From: Laetmonice hystrix
Taxonomy: Eukaryota
Direction: 5' to 3'
Assembly: GCA_965235115.1 (NCBI GenBank)
Contig: OZ249436.1
Span: forward strand, 19,594,001 to 19,658,000
Length of the DNA: 64,000 bases
Shown: piece after piece, positions 13,692-26,672 of the stretch
Position numbering within the stretch: the stretch's first letter is position 1
Layout of the letters: every line of letters begins with the position of its first letter
Translations under genes and position numbers: made by a program
Notes under the pieces: generated by a model
Told to the model about the DNA's origin: nothing
The model's database searches: none
What the model saw: only the letters and a program-made list of their open reading frames with translations

Positions 13692-13948
13692 AGCCTGCCT
13701 CACACTACACGATTTCTTACGATACGACACGAATATGTTATCCTATATTATTACCAGTAGAAAACATGAAGTTGGTCCTAATAGGCTTTTAAATAAGTTT
13801 ATTTTTTTTCTGTAATTTTTGATCATGGAACTCAGTGATTTATCTCTGAAATCCAGTGTTTTCCGGGCATTTCTGATATGTTTTGCTTCCAGAATACTAT
13901 TTTTGTGTGCAAAATATTATACGAGTATTATCTGTTGAAACTATGACA

Positions 13949-14503
13949 TTCGGGAATCCTCGGCCATATCTTCGAAAGTAGCCTCGGGTGAAATAGGCAC
14001 CATTTTGAGCATTGCATCTCGGGTACATTTAGCTGGGACTCTCGCCAGCATGGCAGTGCTTGCAGTATTTTGCCTGCATCAGGCATGGAAGCAACTAAAA
14101 TAGGCCTCCAGTGTTTTCCCCATAGTCAGTGGGCAATATTACGAGAGTATCATTTTCATGATACACGTAGTCGTACCATCTGTCGTGGTGCTGTCGTTCA
14201 TGGGCGCGGCCATATTGCTTCCCATAATTTGATAAATTACCGTATCACGCCCATTTAGGTAAATTAAGTAATTGTTTTTTTCAGTTCAAACGTTCCCCTT
14301 CATACCACAAAATATATATTTGCACATACGATGCCAAGAAGCAGGTTTCAATAAGGCACTACTTTCTGGCTGGATGGGATATGACGGTTCACTCAGTGCC
14401 TCGCTACACAGGTCGATTTCGCCATGTATCTGGTTGCCAATGGCGCCCATTTCACCCGAGGGTATATGTAGATATGACGTCATATGCCCGAGGGAATCCC
14501 GAA
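13949..14503. mobile_element. MITE with TTCGGGA..CCTCGG.CATAT TIRs; partial copies in opposite orientation at 38969-39349 and 43310-43690
   Basis: Terminal inverted repeats are visible. The internal sequence matches the reverse complement of 38969-39349 (e.g. GACCTGTGTAGCGAGGCACTGAGTGAACCGTCATATCCC). Confidence 0.8.
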
Positions 14504-14594
14504 TGAAACTATGAGTGTAGGCTTTGTTTTTTTATATTGGTGTGTGGTATGTATGGCTACTCTGACAAGTTTTCAATACTTGGTCCTTTGAAAA

Positions 14595-16054
14595 GGAGTT
14601 ACGCGTTTCTACATAGTAAGGAGCACGACTGGTAGAAGATAACCAAGTAAGATATAATGTACCGTATTTCTTATCTCTGTTTGTTTCTATGATTTTCCAG
14701 TGCAAAAATACAGTATAATAACCGGTATTTAGTACTTGTAACATAATATTATAGCAAATATAATATATAATGTACTTTATAGGTCACAACGATAGGAATA
14801 ATGCATGCATTGATTAATCAAATTAAAGGTGCAAATTTTCCAGTCAGCAATTTAGATGGTCTTCTATATTAAAACCGTTGAAACCGCGAGTTCTCTGTTA
14901 GGATATGCAGTTGCTCTTTTTCCTCTTACAGCTGTATGATGACTACTGAACAAATAGAGGGAGTTATGCGTTTCTACATAATAATTTCATACAGTCATTT
15001 TCTAATATGAACTTTTTTTTAGTGAAGTAATGAAGTAATTAACTTTATTTCATTTAATTTCTGTAACAATTTCATTTCGGTAACAAAATATTTTGACATA
15101 ACACACTATAACACAGGATGCAATACATGTGAATCCAAGGAATATTCTCTGATTAGTTGATTTTTCCTCCGGGAACGAGTGAGAGTATAGTTAGTGTTAA
15201 ACACCCAGTCAGCAGTATTTCAGCTATTTCAGGGCGAGAACAAGGTAACTAACTCAGTTGGTGAAATCTATTGGGTTATGATGATATAGGAGGACACCCG
15301 ACATCGGGGCGAACCCCTACTCTTATCGATAGATGCCAAGGGATCTTTAACGTGCCTCTCCACAGACGTATTGTGACCCGGAAGGCCTTTGATAAAGCAG
15401 TCGGCAGCACTGCTATAGATATCTTATAACATAAAGAATATCTTATAGGCTAACAGGCTAGTCAAGCTTACTACAATAATTGTCCCTCAGGGAGTTACGC
15501 GTTTCTACTTAATGAAGGCATACTGAAAGATTATCGGTAGATTTCGTGCTAAATACAGTATAACCATGGTAGTTACTTGAACCGAAAATGCTAGCAGATA
15601 AAACTTCACCATAAAAGTCTCACAGATGGCGGAACTGCTGCTACTTCTTTCACTTACCACTATATAGGGAGTTACGCGTTTCTATGGAGTTACGTGTATC
15701 TACAGCAGGATATTAACATATATCTACCAAACAAATACTTGTAGCATCTTTCCTTTATCATGTCATTATCCATTTATAATAATGTTTATTTATTTACCAC
15801 ACCAACCCAGTTAAATATCAAAGCCATAGGCAATACAGCGCATTCTAGGGAGTTACGCGTTTCTACACCAAAACTACACCAAACCACCTAACTTGGAGGG
15901 TATTGCTTATTCCACACAAACTATAAGCATTTTCAGCTATATTTTTTTGATAATGTTCCTTTGATTGTTGATTGATATCATATAATTTATAACTCTCGAA
16001 TACACTACATTTATCTGAACTAGATGATGCAAAAAAGGAGTTACGCGTTTCTAC
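14595..16054 (+). repeat. Dispersed array of seven co-oriented 18-bp GGAGTTACGCGTTTCTAC motifs
   Basis: Copies at 14595, 14960, 15491, 15668, 15686, 15849 and 16037 with 0-2 mismatches; spacers are mostly unique and AT-rich. Confidence 0.85.
15177..15412 (-). mobile_element. 5'-truncated SINE with a conserved central core and an I-group LINE-like 3' tail
   Basis: Core GCCAAGGGATCTTTAACGTGCC on the + strand resembles the widespread Meta-type SINE core (from recall). The - strand ends TCGCCCTGAAATAGCTG..TGCTGACTGGGTGTTTAAC..ACTCTCACTC, like the tail of the LINE at 734-800. Confidence 0.65.
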
Positions 16055-19000
16055 ATCAAACTACACCAAATTATAAAAGACGACAGGATATATTTACTTT
16101 CACTCATTCTTTATATAGACAAGTATACCAATTCTTAGTGGGGTACTTGTCCCTGTACGGCAGCTTTTCCCCTCTATGTGTTACATTTAATTCTTTTAGA
16201 AACGTGTCAAAAGGTAATTTCTTATTTTATTTGTTAAAAAGTGCCATTTTTGGGTGGGTATTTGCCTATAACTTCTGTAATATTGGTCACAGATAGGTGA
16301 ACGCATAGTGCGTTATGAACGCATAGTGCGTTGCGTTATTAGTTATGCAAAACATTATCCTCAAATGAGGCTATTTGCGCATCTGCGTTAATAACGCAGC
16401 TGCATTATTAGTTATGAAACGGGGCCCTGGTGGGCATACTAAAATGACTTTTCACTTTGCCCCCTATGACGATTTCACTTTGCCCCGGGAGTCGGAGGCA
16501 AAGTGGAATATTTCTTATTTTTATCGTTTTATATACTTTTTTTTACACGAACTTTGTTTGTGTCATCTGTAAGTGTTACCCCGAGGTCAAAACATAATAG
16601 TCGAATGGTGTCCACCCCGTCCTGCAGTCTATCCACCAACTCACCTCACCATATCCTGTTATCCCAGCGTCCGTATCCACGGCAACTACGGTACTGTCTA
16701 AGGTGGTGACGACCTTTTGATCCGACCAGGAGTAGTCCTTGTCCTTCAGGGGCAGGTCAATCTGGTAAACTCGGATCTGCTCGATCTTCATCTTTGGGTT
16801 GACAGTGGTCGGGTGGCGACTGGTGGTCTGACGGTCAGATCATTACCAGAAATACGTAAACTGAGCTGGCCGCTACTCATCCGTGGCGCTGGCGTCGTTT
16901 TCCCCACGTGATCTATTTTAGCCAATGAGGCATTCACAATGGCTGCGCCCACACGGCAGTAGACTCGGGGGGGGGGGTGCTCAGGGGTGTTTTGGAGATA
17001 AAAGCTTCTTTTTCCTCTTTCTCTCTCTCAGAACAAACAGACCCATCAATTATGACAAGAACAGCTTTTTTACGTGCCTGTGTGCAGGAAAAAAACTCAA
17101 GACCCCTTTACAATTTTCACATGATAAAAGATGTAACTTTAACCACCCTGTGGAAGTGGGCCAAGTTTGAACCTGAACCTTTCGTGTACTGGAACCGTAT
17201 TGTGCTGCCGTCTGGGGGAGGTATCGGCAACTAATTTCTGTTCAGACAGGTTCGTGCAGGCTGGTCTGAAAATGGGTTGGTTACTTGTAGCGAAATGAGT
17301 TCCATACATTTTCATGGGTTGGATCCAGAGATGTTTTTTGACCACTGGTATTGAAACTGGTTTCCAATACCAGTGGTGCCAACGTTTGAGAATGTGAAAT
17401 GCAGTGGCAAAGCCATTGTAGGAGCACCATAAGCACGAAGTGTTTGTAGGGTCCGGTGGCATGCTCCCCCGGATATTTGTTTAAAACTAGGAGTGAAATG
17501 GTACATTCTGGGGGCATTTTGGCCATATTTCAGAAGTCTTAATTAGAGTAATTACTGAGGCACATTATACAAAGAATCTCTTTCAATTTTTGGCAGATGA
17601 TTACTTGAACCTATATATGCTATTCCTGCCCACTATCTGCCTTACAGATTTGATGAGTTAATTGGGTATTATGGAGTCAGGTCCAGTAGCGGAAATAGCA
17701 TGGGGCTGGGGTGTGGCTGCCCTCCATGGCGGCCAAAAAGGTATGAGGTGGGCCCGTGACTGACCTGATATCCCAACGGGATTTTAGATATAATCTGCAA
17801 ATGCAAGAAGCAGGGAACTTGAGTAATGGTTAAGGGCCCCTTTTTCCCCTTCGCTCGACAATTACTTTTGGGGTGAGGTCGGCCCCCTTCATTGGGAAGA
17901 CACCCCCCCCCCCAGGTGGTTCTCGCCCCTTCTGAGATAACAGTGTATAGTTCTGCCCCTGGCCAGGTCATGAATATTGAATATGGGCGTGGTAGGGGGG
18001 GGGGGGGGTCTGCATCTGGGGCCCCGGCCATGTTCCCCCAGAAAAAAAGGAGAAATTGGAGGCCTAACAAACATAGTATCTGTTTCAGTAGGCGGGGCAT
18101 ATTTTTGCCCCCCCCCCCCCTCCAACTGAAAAAGTCGGCCCGGGCCCCTGGGCATACCTTTTTATCTTGACTAGGCGAACCTTGGCTGGCTCTCCGGGTA
18201 GGTTACGAGGTAACCCAAGTAACCCCCCCCCCCCCCAGCCTACGGGCCCGTTTGTCATGTGTCAGGTCATGTTAATGAATTATATCTCAATATCTTTGAA
18301 CTGTACACTTGACACCCAAAGTACTTTGGCAGTAGACACTCCGAAATAGGCACCTTTCTTACCTTTTGTCAGACGTATACAGTGAATATTTAATACTGGT
18401 TAAGATATCTCAATATCAATACATGAAAGTAGAATATTGATACTTTTATAGGTAGCTTTTACCTCTGAGTGCCCCTTATATTGCCAGGCACCCCCTCGCT
18501 CAACCTACGCCAGCACGACTCATGTCAGCTGCATGTGTAGCCTACGTAGTAAGCCTCAGCCAGTGAGGCTTACGACCACTCAATGTTAAAAATTGGTGTG
18601 TCACTGGCAACGCAATTAATTCATGTACCGATCAACTCACGGGCATCCATTTATCAGGGGCAACGTCTTCTTTTAGTGGTTCGACAAGTATTTTAAGGAT
18701 AAAACATCAAATTCCGAAGTGTCGTACAGCTGCGGCTTCCGTTGCCTGTTGATGTCCCAGCATGCATCTCTCTGACCTAGCAAGGTCCCCTGCTCTACGT
18801 ATGTCGTAACATAGCGGACGCGTCTGTTAGCCAGGGTACCAGGCTACTCCCTGACCCGGGAGGTCAAAATGGCCGCGATAGGCAGAGAGCGGAATTCATC
18901 GATTCCAGACTTTGTGCTGACCTTATTATGTCTCGTCGTGCTTTCCAAACTTAGAAATAAGTGAAATAAGTTACTTTAAGCGTGTTTATCAATATTACGT

Positions 19001-22000
19001 CCAGATATATGGGCAGGGGAGAGGTTTTCATGGTGGTCGGATGATTTGACCGAACACACTGGTCAGGAACTTGCACTAAGTGGCGTCCGTCTCTGTATAC
19101 GGTAGTACAGAGACGGATACTCTGTCAGCTGCATGTGATGTCTGCATTATTTTGAGACCCAGGATCCATCTGCTCACCAAGATTCACCGCGTTTTCGTAT
19201 CCTTGCATTTTCCATGAGAAATGAAAATACTCGATAACTGCCATTTCCTTGTATCTGCTTTAATTCACGTTGCCCGAATTGTCCGACAAAGTGTTTTTTT
19301 CTGTTATGAATGTACAATAAATTATACTTTATAGGGAAGAGAAAACACTCAAAAAATATTTCTGTAGGCCTAATTAACCTTAAGTGACAGTATGTTACTT
19401 GAACGTAAATGGACTCATAGTTTGAATTTTGGCCACTAAGTAAATGTTATTCAACTATATATATGAAGTAATGGTATTTTTGAGTTGGATAATTAGAAAA
19501 TATACGTACCAATCAGTTTCTGCATAATTATTATGGTCTGCCAACGTATGAAGTGTTACATTATCCACCAGGGATTTAGTATCTGAAAGTATAACGTTAT
19601 TCCACAAAGAATTTTGAAAATATTTATCCGCAATTTAATTCCACAGTAACTGTTAACAGATTACCTACCTAAAAGGAGTTCACTTTCAGAATAATGCACT
19701 AACGGCCTAACCTTAATTAGCTGTGGTTGAAGACCCTGCACATGTGTAGATTCGGAAATACCGTATTTACTTATCAGATCAATATGTTGGATCCTATTGA
19801 TTAGAATAGCTCCCAACCATGTACTGTAGCAACTATCTCAAGTACATAACTGGAGTTTTAAAAAATCTACCTGTTACTCCATGTTATATGGTGAAGTGGG
19901 AAGATTCCCGCTTGAAATCAAAATCAAGAAAAGAATGGTTGGCTACTAGGCCAGAACGGTTTCAGGGAAATTATTTTTTACTGAATGTACGGTAGCTATA
20001 ATATGTTATTCATTGGTGCACTGCCCTGAGGTGCCACATGCTGCATACCCGTAATGCTTTGTATATGTACTTGCATTTTGCCCATATTACCTCGATTTTA
20101 TTGCATTTATTCTTTTATTTTTTTGTCCTTGAACCTTGAACCAGTATTGGCACCCCCTCCCCGATTCACTCGTGACTGACCCACTCGGCATTCACACTTC
20201 CTGATGGTCCTGTCATTATCAGAGATCTCCTCCATCATATTCTATATTTTTAAGATATTTGCTAAAATCATGCCTGTCGAAAGCGTGGCATGGTCACTGC
20301 ATAAATATTATGACATGTCATATACTCGGGGTGGGTTTCCGCTACTTTTTTTCCCATTGATTTGAGCAATATTAGGGCTAGTGACCCAGCAAACAGCATG
20401 GTTGCACTTGTGTCAACATGTGTAACACTGGTGAACTCAACTCATGTTTCTTAGTCAGTTTGTAACCTGCAGTTGCCTTTGCAACTGATGTACTGTAATT
20501 GCTTTTTTCTGCAAAGAACAGACTGTGTGACCAGTTGAGATGTGTTGGCGGGAGAAATATTAGGCCCATATAGGTGGAGCTGATAGGGTAGGCCTATACC
20601 TATACACCGAAGACCTAGCTAAGACCCGAAAACGAAGACCCCTTTTTAAACGCCATTTATTTATAATCTGTTTATATCCATTTAATCAAGTATACATCAA
20701 TGAATACAGCTTAGATTTAGATCATTAAGGAGAGGATAACACAGAATTATATGGAACGATTGCTATGGTCAATCTAGCCCCTAGAAATAGGGCCTATGCA
20801 TGTCTGATTATGTAGGACTCAATTTATGACAGGAAACAGTTCAGAAACATTCGACCTAGGGTCGATATAAAATCGCATCACCTGCGAATCATAGAGTAGC
20901 TCAGAATAATTAAACCTATAGGTTGGGGCATGTAGGCCTATACGGCTAGCACTGATGTAGGGGTCGGGTTCAAGGGCAGGGACCTGGAGCCATGGGAGGG
21001 AGAAGGTTTTGCAGCCCCCCCCCCCCCCGGGCCCCTGTTCGGTCAGGTGACATCAGTGCGATCGACCTGACGCCAGTGCTCATGCGCGAAAGGCCATCTT
21101 TATGGCGAGGAGAGAGCAAATTAGAGAAACTAATGTAAAATAGAGTACATACAATGATACAGCTGTCATATCAGTCAAATCCGGGATGATGATGAGTGAA
21201 AGGGGTTATTAGATGGTCATAATAATCTGTAAAATCCAGCTGTCTTTAAAAATTTATTGTAAATCTTAGATTTGTATAAAATCTTATGTTATATACGTAT
21301 ATTTCGTGTTTAATATGCAGAAAGAATTTTGGTTCCACTTTCTCTCATATTGGCAAAATCCCTACCTGTGGAAAAACATAATAGATAATATTGCTCTCTT
21401 TCAGGTTTCAAGGAGATGCTCGTCATATCGACTAACTTTTGAAGAATCGTCAAAGAGTGGCTTAGTTACGTGTGACAGCCTAGGCCATCGTGGGAAAAAG
21501 GCCGTTTTGACAACCCTGGGTTGTGGGTTTTGGCACCATGGACTGACAATCCTAAGGTTGTCAAAATAATCAAAAAAGGTCATCAATTGGTTGTCACAGC
21601 AGGGTTGTGATTTTTGGCACGGTCTAAAGTTGTCAACCTGACGACTTTGTATTTTCAGTGCAATTAAGGTACAGAGTATATGGTTCATATGAACGGTGAT
21701 ATACCGGCACTGTGATGAACAATGGTATCATTGGTATATGGGGATCACTGATGGTTTAGTTTACCAATCCATTCACCGGCTACACGTGAGATTCTATGGT
21801 CAGGCGCCCATTGAAAGGGTTCCGTATGATGCAGGACCGTGCTACCCTGCGTCCGACCACTAGATGGGAACCCGGAGGGGGGGGGGGGGTGGATTCAAAA
21901 ATGTCGGGGTTCCCAATGTTTGCTATCAGAAAAGTGTCTTAAGAGAAAAAAATGGGGATAACTCATGCTTAATTGATCTATGTGCTCGGAACGTTTCTAA

Positions 22001-23560
22001 TAATGTAAAGCCGGGGTTTGTATGTGATTCAAGGTAGGTGAACACCACGATGTCTTCATTACACAGGGGCACACTTCCTGACAAGATATAGGGGACTATT
22101 ATCTCAGGTTTGGAATAACGTCTTTTAGAGGTGCGTATGATCTAGGAGTTCTTTTGACGCAGTGATCTTCCATACTTCGCATTTGGAATTAACTTTTATA
22201 AAGAAATAAATTGAAATCCAAAGAGATGAGACGACCATACGACCTCTCAAGGCGCCCTCTGGAGTGAAGTTGCCATCTAGCGGCAGAGAGCTTACTCGCA
22301 GCTGGATGGTACCAAATGGACATGCCAGGCGGCCATTTGTACGACGGGTAGGCAGAGATATAATAACATTAAACATTACATAGTAGAATCGTGTAACGAT
22401 AGAAGTGTCATGAGAGAGGGACGGAGGGTATGGATGAAGGAAGAAAGGGTCGGATCGTCCCTCTCAATACAGTCTACCAGACTCTAGTGACGTAGCCACC
22501 ATAAGGCGTAGCCCCCCACCCCGTTTGGCCCAGTCTATAGGCCTACCCAGCCAAAGGCAAAGATCAGTCGCGTAGCTACAGGCCCCCCTGGCTCTGGAAA
22601 ATGGGAAATTCGTAAATTAGCCATCTGGGACACCAGCTCATCAAGTGACACCCAACTACGGCGCGGTTTTCCCAAGTTGAGGGATTAAGGCCCGACCAGA
22701 CAGAGACTTAACAAATTTCGGAAATTTTAGGTGCTTGCCCACCCCCCGAAAAAAGTCTAGCTACGCCACTGGCAAATATGTAGCCTACTAGTGTAGGGAT
22801 GCACACCTGAAGCGATGCTTCTTGCCAACCCTTGTCAATAACAATTTAAACTCTTGGAAACACTGGGAGGGAACCTTAACAGGGTTCCTGTAGGTCCTTA
22901 AAAAGCCTTAAACTATTGAAGGTCTTAAAAAGGTCTTATTTGTCATAAATTTACTTTGGAAAACGAAAATCACTTCCCTTTACAGTGTCATCAAAATAGC
23001 TTTTTTTCCAATTTGTCACGTCACCTGCAACACAGGAAAATTATTTGGCTGCGTAATTTATACTGTCTCCATCTACAAAGATTACAATGTGTCAGATGGT
23101 GTATAATGGCTGTGCCACACCTCTCTGTTTCTAATAAACATAAGTCTTAAATTTTGTCTGAGACTGGCCGCAGGAACCATGTTAAATCCATAAGAGATTA
23201 CACACCTTATCAAGTTCTATCAAGAGATTACAGAAACCCTACAGGCAATGTAATTACTGTGAAAAATATGATGCAAAGACAGCAGTTTTGAACCACATTA
23301 GCGAATACCCAAGGGGTCATACCTGGACACCCCCCCCCCTCCCCAGATAATATGTGCCTTTTGCAACTTTACGCCCTCCCCCCTTCCTGAATCCCTGGCT
23401 ACGTCACTGATTATGCAAATGCCGACATCCAGGCTGACGATTTAGTTATATCTTAAAACATAGCAGAGTATTGACCTATTGGTTGGAGAGAGCCGTTCAA
23501 GATATTTATCTAGTCAAAACTCAGAGGCTGTATGTGTAAAGTGTTAGGTTACTTTTATAG

Positions 23561-24286
23561 CGTAACTCGTCGATCATCCCCAAACGGGGAGATGATAAAT
23601 ATATAAACATATATAAATGAGATATTAATATACTATAATATAATATAATATAACCAGTATAAAAAAACAGTGTATTATATAATAAACTGTATAAATAACA
23701 TATTAATATATATAATGATATATATATTATATAAATAATATATAATGATATATATAATGATGATAATACATTATAGAAATATGGAGATAGGCCTAATGAT
23801 TGGCCAAAATTCCATGGGTATAACTTATAGTCCTGCCTTATTTTAGGTGGAGACAACAAGGCCCACGAAGTCCTAAACCACGAGTTCCCTCCCACACCCA
23901 CCCTATGATCCCGCAAAGAAACCCGGGCAGACCTCGCTGGCCCCGAGTAACCCACCCTTAGCCAAACCCTGGTCATATGACCCCCATGAACGTGGTCAAA
24001 GATGCTACGACGGAATATCCCCAGTGTCCTCGGGAAGGTATGGAGGAGTCGGGGCGAAGGTGGGACGTCTGATCGCCGCGATCCTTCGAAACGTAGAGAA
24101 CGCTGGCGTAGTCTGCAGAGAGGGTAGGCCTACTGCGTCGATGGTCTTCCGTATTTATACCCTTCACTCAGGCTTCCCGGCTCCATGCTTCCGTTTCCTT
24201 CCTCATGATATATCGTGAGATCCTGCCCGGCAACCAATATGGAGACCGGAAGAATCGACAGGAGCATCATGCGCTTTACTATAACA
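23561..24286 (-). mobile_element. Probable solo LTR with AT-rich microsatellite interior
   Basis: On the - strand it starts TGTTA and has GGGTATAAATA at ~24152-24162; shares blocks with 4993-5445. Confidence 0.5.
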
Positions 24287-26672
24287 TACTAATAATATAA
24301 TTAAGCGGCATCGTTGGTATCTTCGAGAATAAAACACTTACCTGTCCCCTATAGCAACCTATTGATGTACTTGCATGAAGACACACTGTTACTGCAATAC
24401 TGCAGTATGATGATTTTTGTTAACTTAAACTTGGACCGAAGCTAAAACATGATAATTAGCAGGAGTTTGAATTTGCCTCCGCTCTCCGAAAGGGGCGCTG
24501 CAAACGACTTCAGGTATCGCTCCACCATATTTGATCACCATACATCATACGCTTTGTAAATATGCCTCCGGGGGCTTTTAAGCGACGAAAGTCGATGTAT
24601 GCAACAGAATCAGCTAGAAAGCTGAGAAAGGAGCAGAAGACATGACAGTGGTCGTGGCATTGAAATAGATCGGTGGATGGCCTTGAAACCTCACGCTCCG
24701 AGCGTCACCTGAGTGTGTGAGTGGCGCTGAAACTGAGCGTGGGAATTCCCGTTGCACGGTTATCCAACATGGCCAAGCGGTTCGAAGGTAGAGCGTTAGA
24801 TTGCAACGGAGCCAGCTGAGCGTTCTCACATTACATTTGGTTGGTCTCACTTCAATTTATTTGAGTTTTACATGTGACACTAAGCTGATTTATATGGCAG
24901 GGTGTCGATATTATAGGTTTTAAAAACAGTGTGCCTTTAAACGCCTCGTTTTGCCTACATAATTAAAGGTCCCCGACGTGTGGCCTCGAGTCCGTATATT
25001 ACAAACGTGACATAGCTCATGGTCATGGCTCGAATCCCCAAACCTGCCATTTCGGACCTTGTAGGCCTACTCTAGTAGAAGAAGAATAAAAAAGATTCCC
25101 ATTCCACATGAAAGAGAAGAGGGGCAATTAGACATGACAATCGTGCCAAAATCACTGGCTTCAGCAGCGCAGCCATTGTGGCACTGCCTAAAGTCCGTAA
25201 TTGACGTCACAGTTCCATTAAAGTTCCGGTCTATCTATTTGAGCATGGCATGCGCGTGCTGCTGTCTGCCAGCAAGCGAGCGAACCGATCCTGAATCAAC
25301 TGAGGCCGGGGTTGTCGGGGGCTAGGCTAAAGGCGGCCAGGGCGGGTGGGTGATGGGGGTCAGTCCCACGAGAGGCTGGACGAGATCTATAGGCCTAGCA
25401 CACAGACAGGGAGGTCGGCAGATCGTCCGGGCGCGCCGGGGTATTCCAGCACGCACGTGTTGACGGCTGGAATGCACCCTGCATGGCCGCCAGTAGCCGT
25501 GAGTAGACTCATCGCGGGGTAAATCGATGTCGGCTAAATCCCTTAGTCAAAAAATGTTCTTTGTATAGGCCCTATCACTATCCATAACCCTAACGGTATA
25601 CCCTAAACCTTTCCACCCTGATATATCCTACACTCTGATGTCGGCAGACGTAATTCCTAGCGACTCCTCATCACGATCGGTGGTTTCCATCTATGTTCTA
25701 ACAAATATATGGCTCATGTAAGCTGTCAACCTCTACTTCCGAATCACTCAACGCCTCATTGTGTGTCAGTTTTTAGTTCTTCCTTAGCTGCATGGAGAGC
25801 AGTGGTGCTGCGATTGGGCCGGCCCAATGACGCTAAATTAGCAGATGATATGGCGGTATCCACCAGCTGAGCAGGCGCACTAAAGTGCTTGCTTAGAATT
25901 TCACGGCCTGTGTGCCTGGCCTGTACAAACTGGCGAAAGAGCTTTCCTTTAGGGGTGGTTCAACATTTTCACAAGCGTAGGCCCCTACAAAGAGTACTCC
26001 CCCTCTTCCCCTCCCAAAAGCGCACATAAGAAAATGTCTGTTTTTTTTACATTATATAGGAGGTCATTATGCCTACTTGTGGTCACATTTAACAGAAGAA
26101 TAGGTCAGTGATGTAGGGAAGTCCATTAAAACAAAATTCCTGCATGAAGCCCCTGGTGAGCACATCTTGTATATTCATCACCCTGATTCGCACAAAGGGG
26201 AGAGGTGGTACCTACGTGGGCCACTTGACTGATCATTATTATAGATCATTTTTCAGTTTTCAAAAGGAGTACATTGGGTGTTAACCCCCCGCCCCCCCCC
26301 CCCCAGCGTATGGTTTGTACGCTTGTGAAAATGTTGAACCACCCCTTAAACAGACGTTTTTATCAACATTTATCGCTGTAGGGAAATTTGTAGAGCTATA
26401 GAAGCTCTGGGTCCCCATTCCGCTAGAGGGCGCTCGCTGAGGTAGTGCTACCAATTTGACGACAGGTGGAGCCAGCAGTCTAATGGCGGTCGTCAAGACA
26501 GGTAGCCTGGTCCCCAGCGGATGCGTATATGGTAGGCACAGGGGACCAGGCTACAAGACAGGTGGTTTTTATGCCGCATGAGAGCGCCACGGTAGCCGGT
26601 TGTGTTGTCCCCCCCCCCCGCAGGGTCTCATACATGACCAAGTGAGGAACAATGAATGCAGTCGGCAAACTA

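Larger units (their letters stand above)
12012..16791 (-). pseudogene. Enolase-superfamily (mandelate racemase/MLE subgroup) cis-3-hydroxy-L-proline dehydratase-like gene; 5 exons seen, central exons absent
   Basis: GT-AG exons: 16645-16791 (MKIEQ..GYGE), 13002-13119 (WLPHQA..VYIEQPC), 12776-12899 (PLIIDENM..NLKISKLGGLTK), 12286-12425 ([22 protein letters not shown]), 12012-12144 (YNTV..PGLGVTP..TIS*). The last four exons are in frame with each other. Exon 1 ends in phase 0 and the next exon needs phase 1; roughly 145 aa of the family (CPLG..KxK..DAN) were not found. Confidence 0.8.

Noticed and set aside
14595..16054. CRISPR array
   Set aside because: Repeat is 18 bp, spacers run from 0 to over 500 bp, the context is eukaryotic and there are no cas genes.
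12012..16791. Bacterial contamination as the source of the dehydratase
   Set aside because: Canonical spliceosomal introns and interspersed repeats shared with the rest of the window.
17669..18349. Pro/Gly-rich ORFs
   Set aside because: Produced by poly-C/poly-G tracts in GC-rich repeat fragments common across the window.
19197..19205. Isolated GTATCCTTG U12-like donor
   Set aside because: No flanking coding exon or branch site identified.
24975..25050. tRNA gene (B-box-like GGCTCGAATCC)
   Set aside because: No cloverleaf; at most a decayed SINE head.
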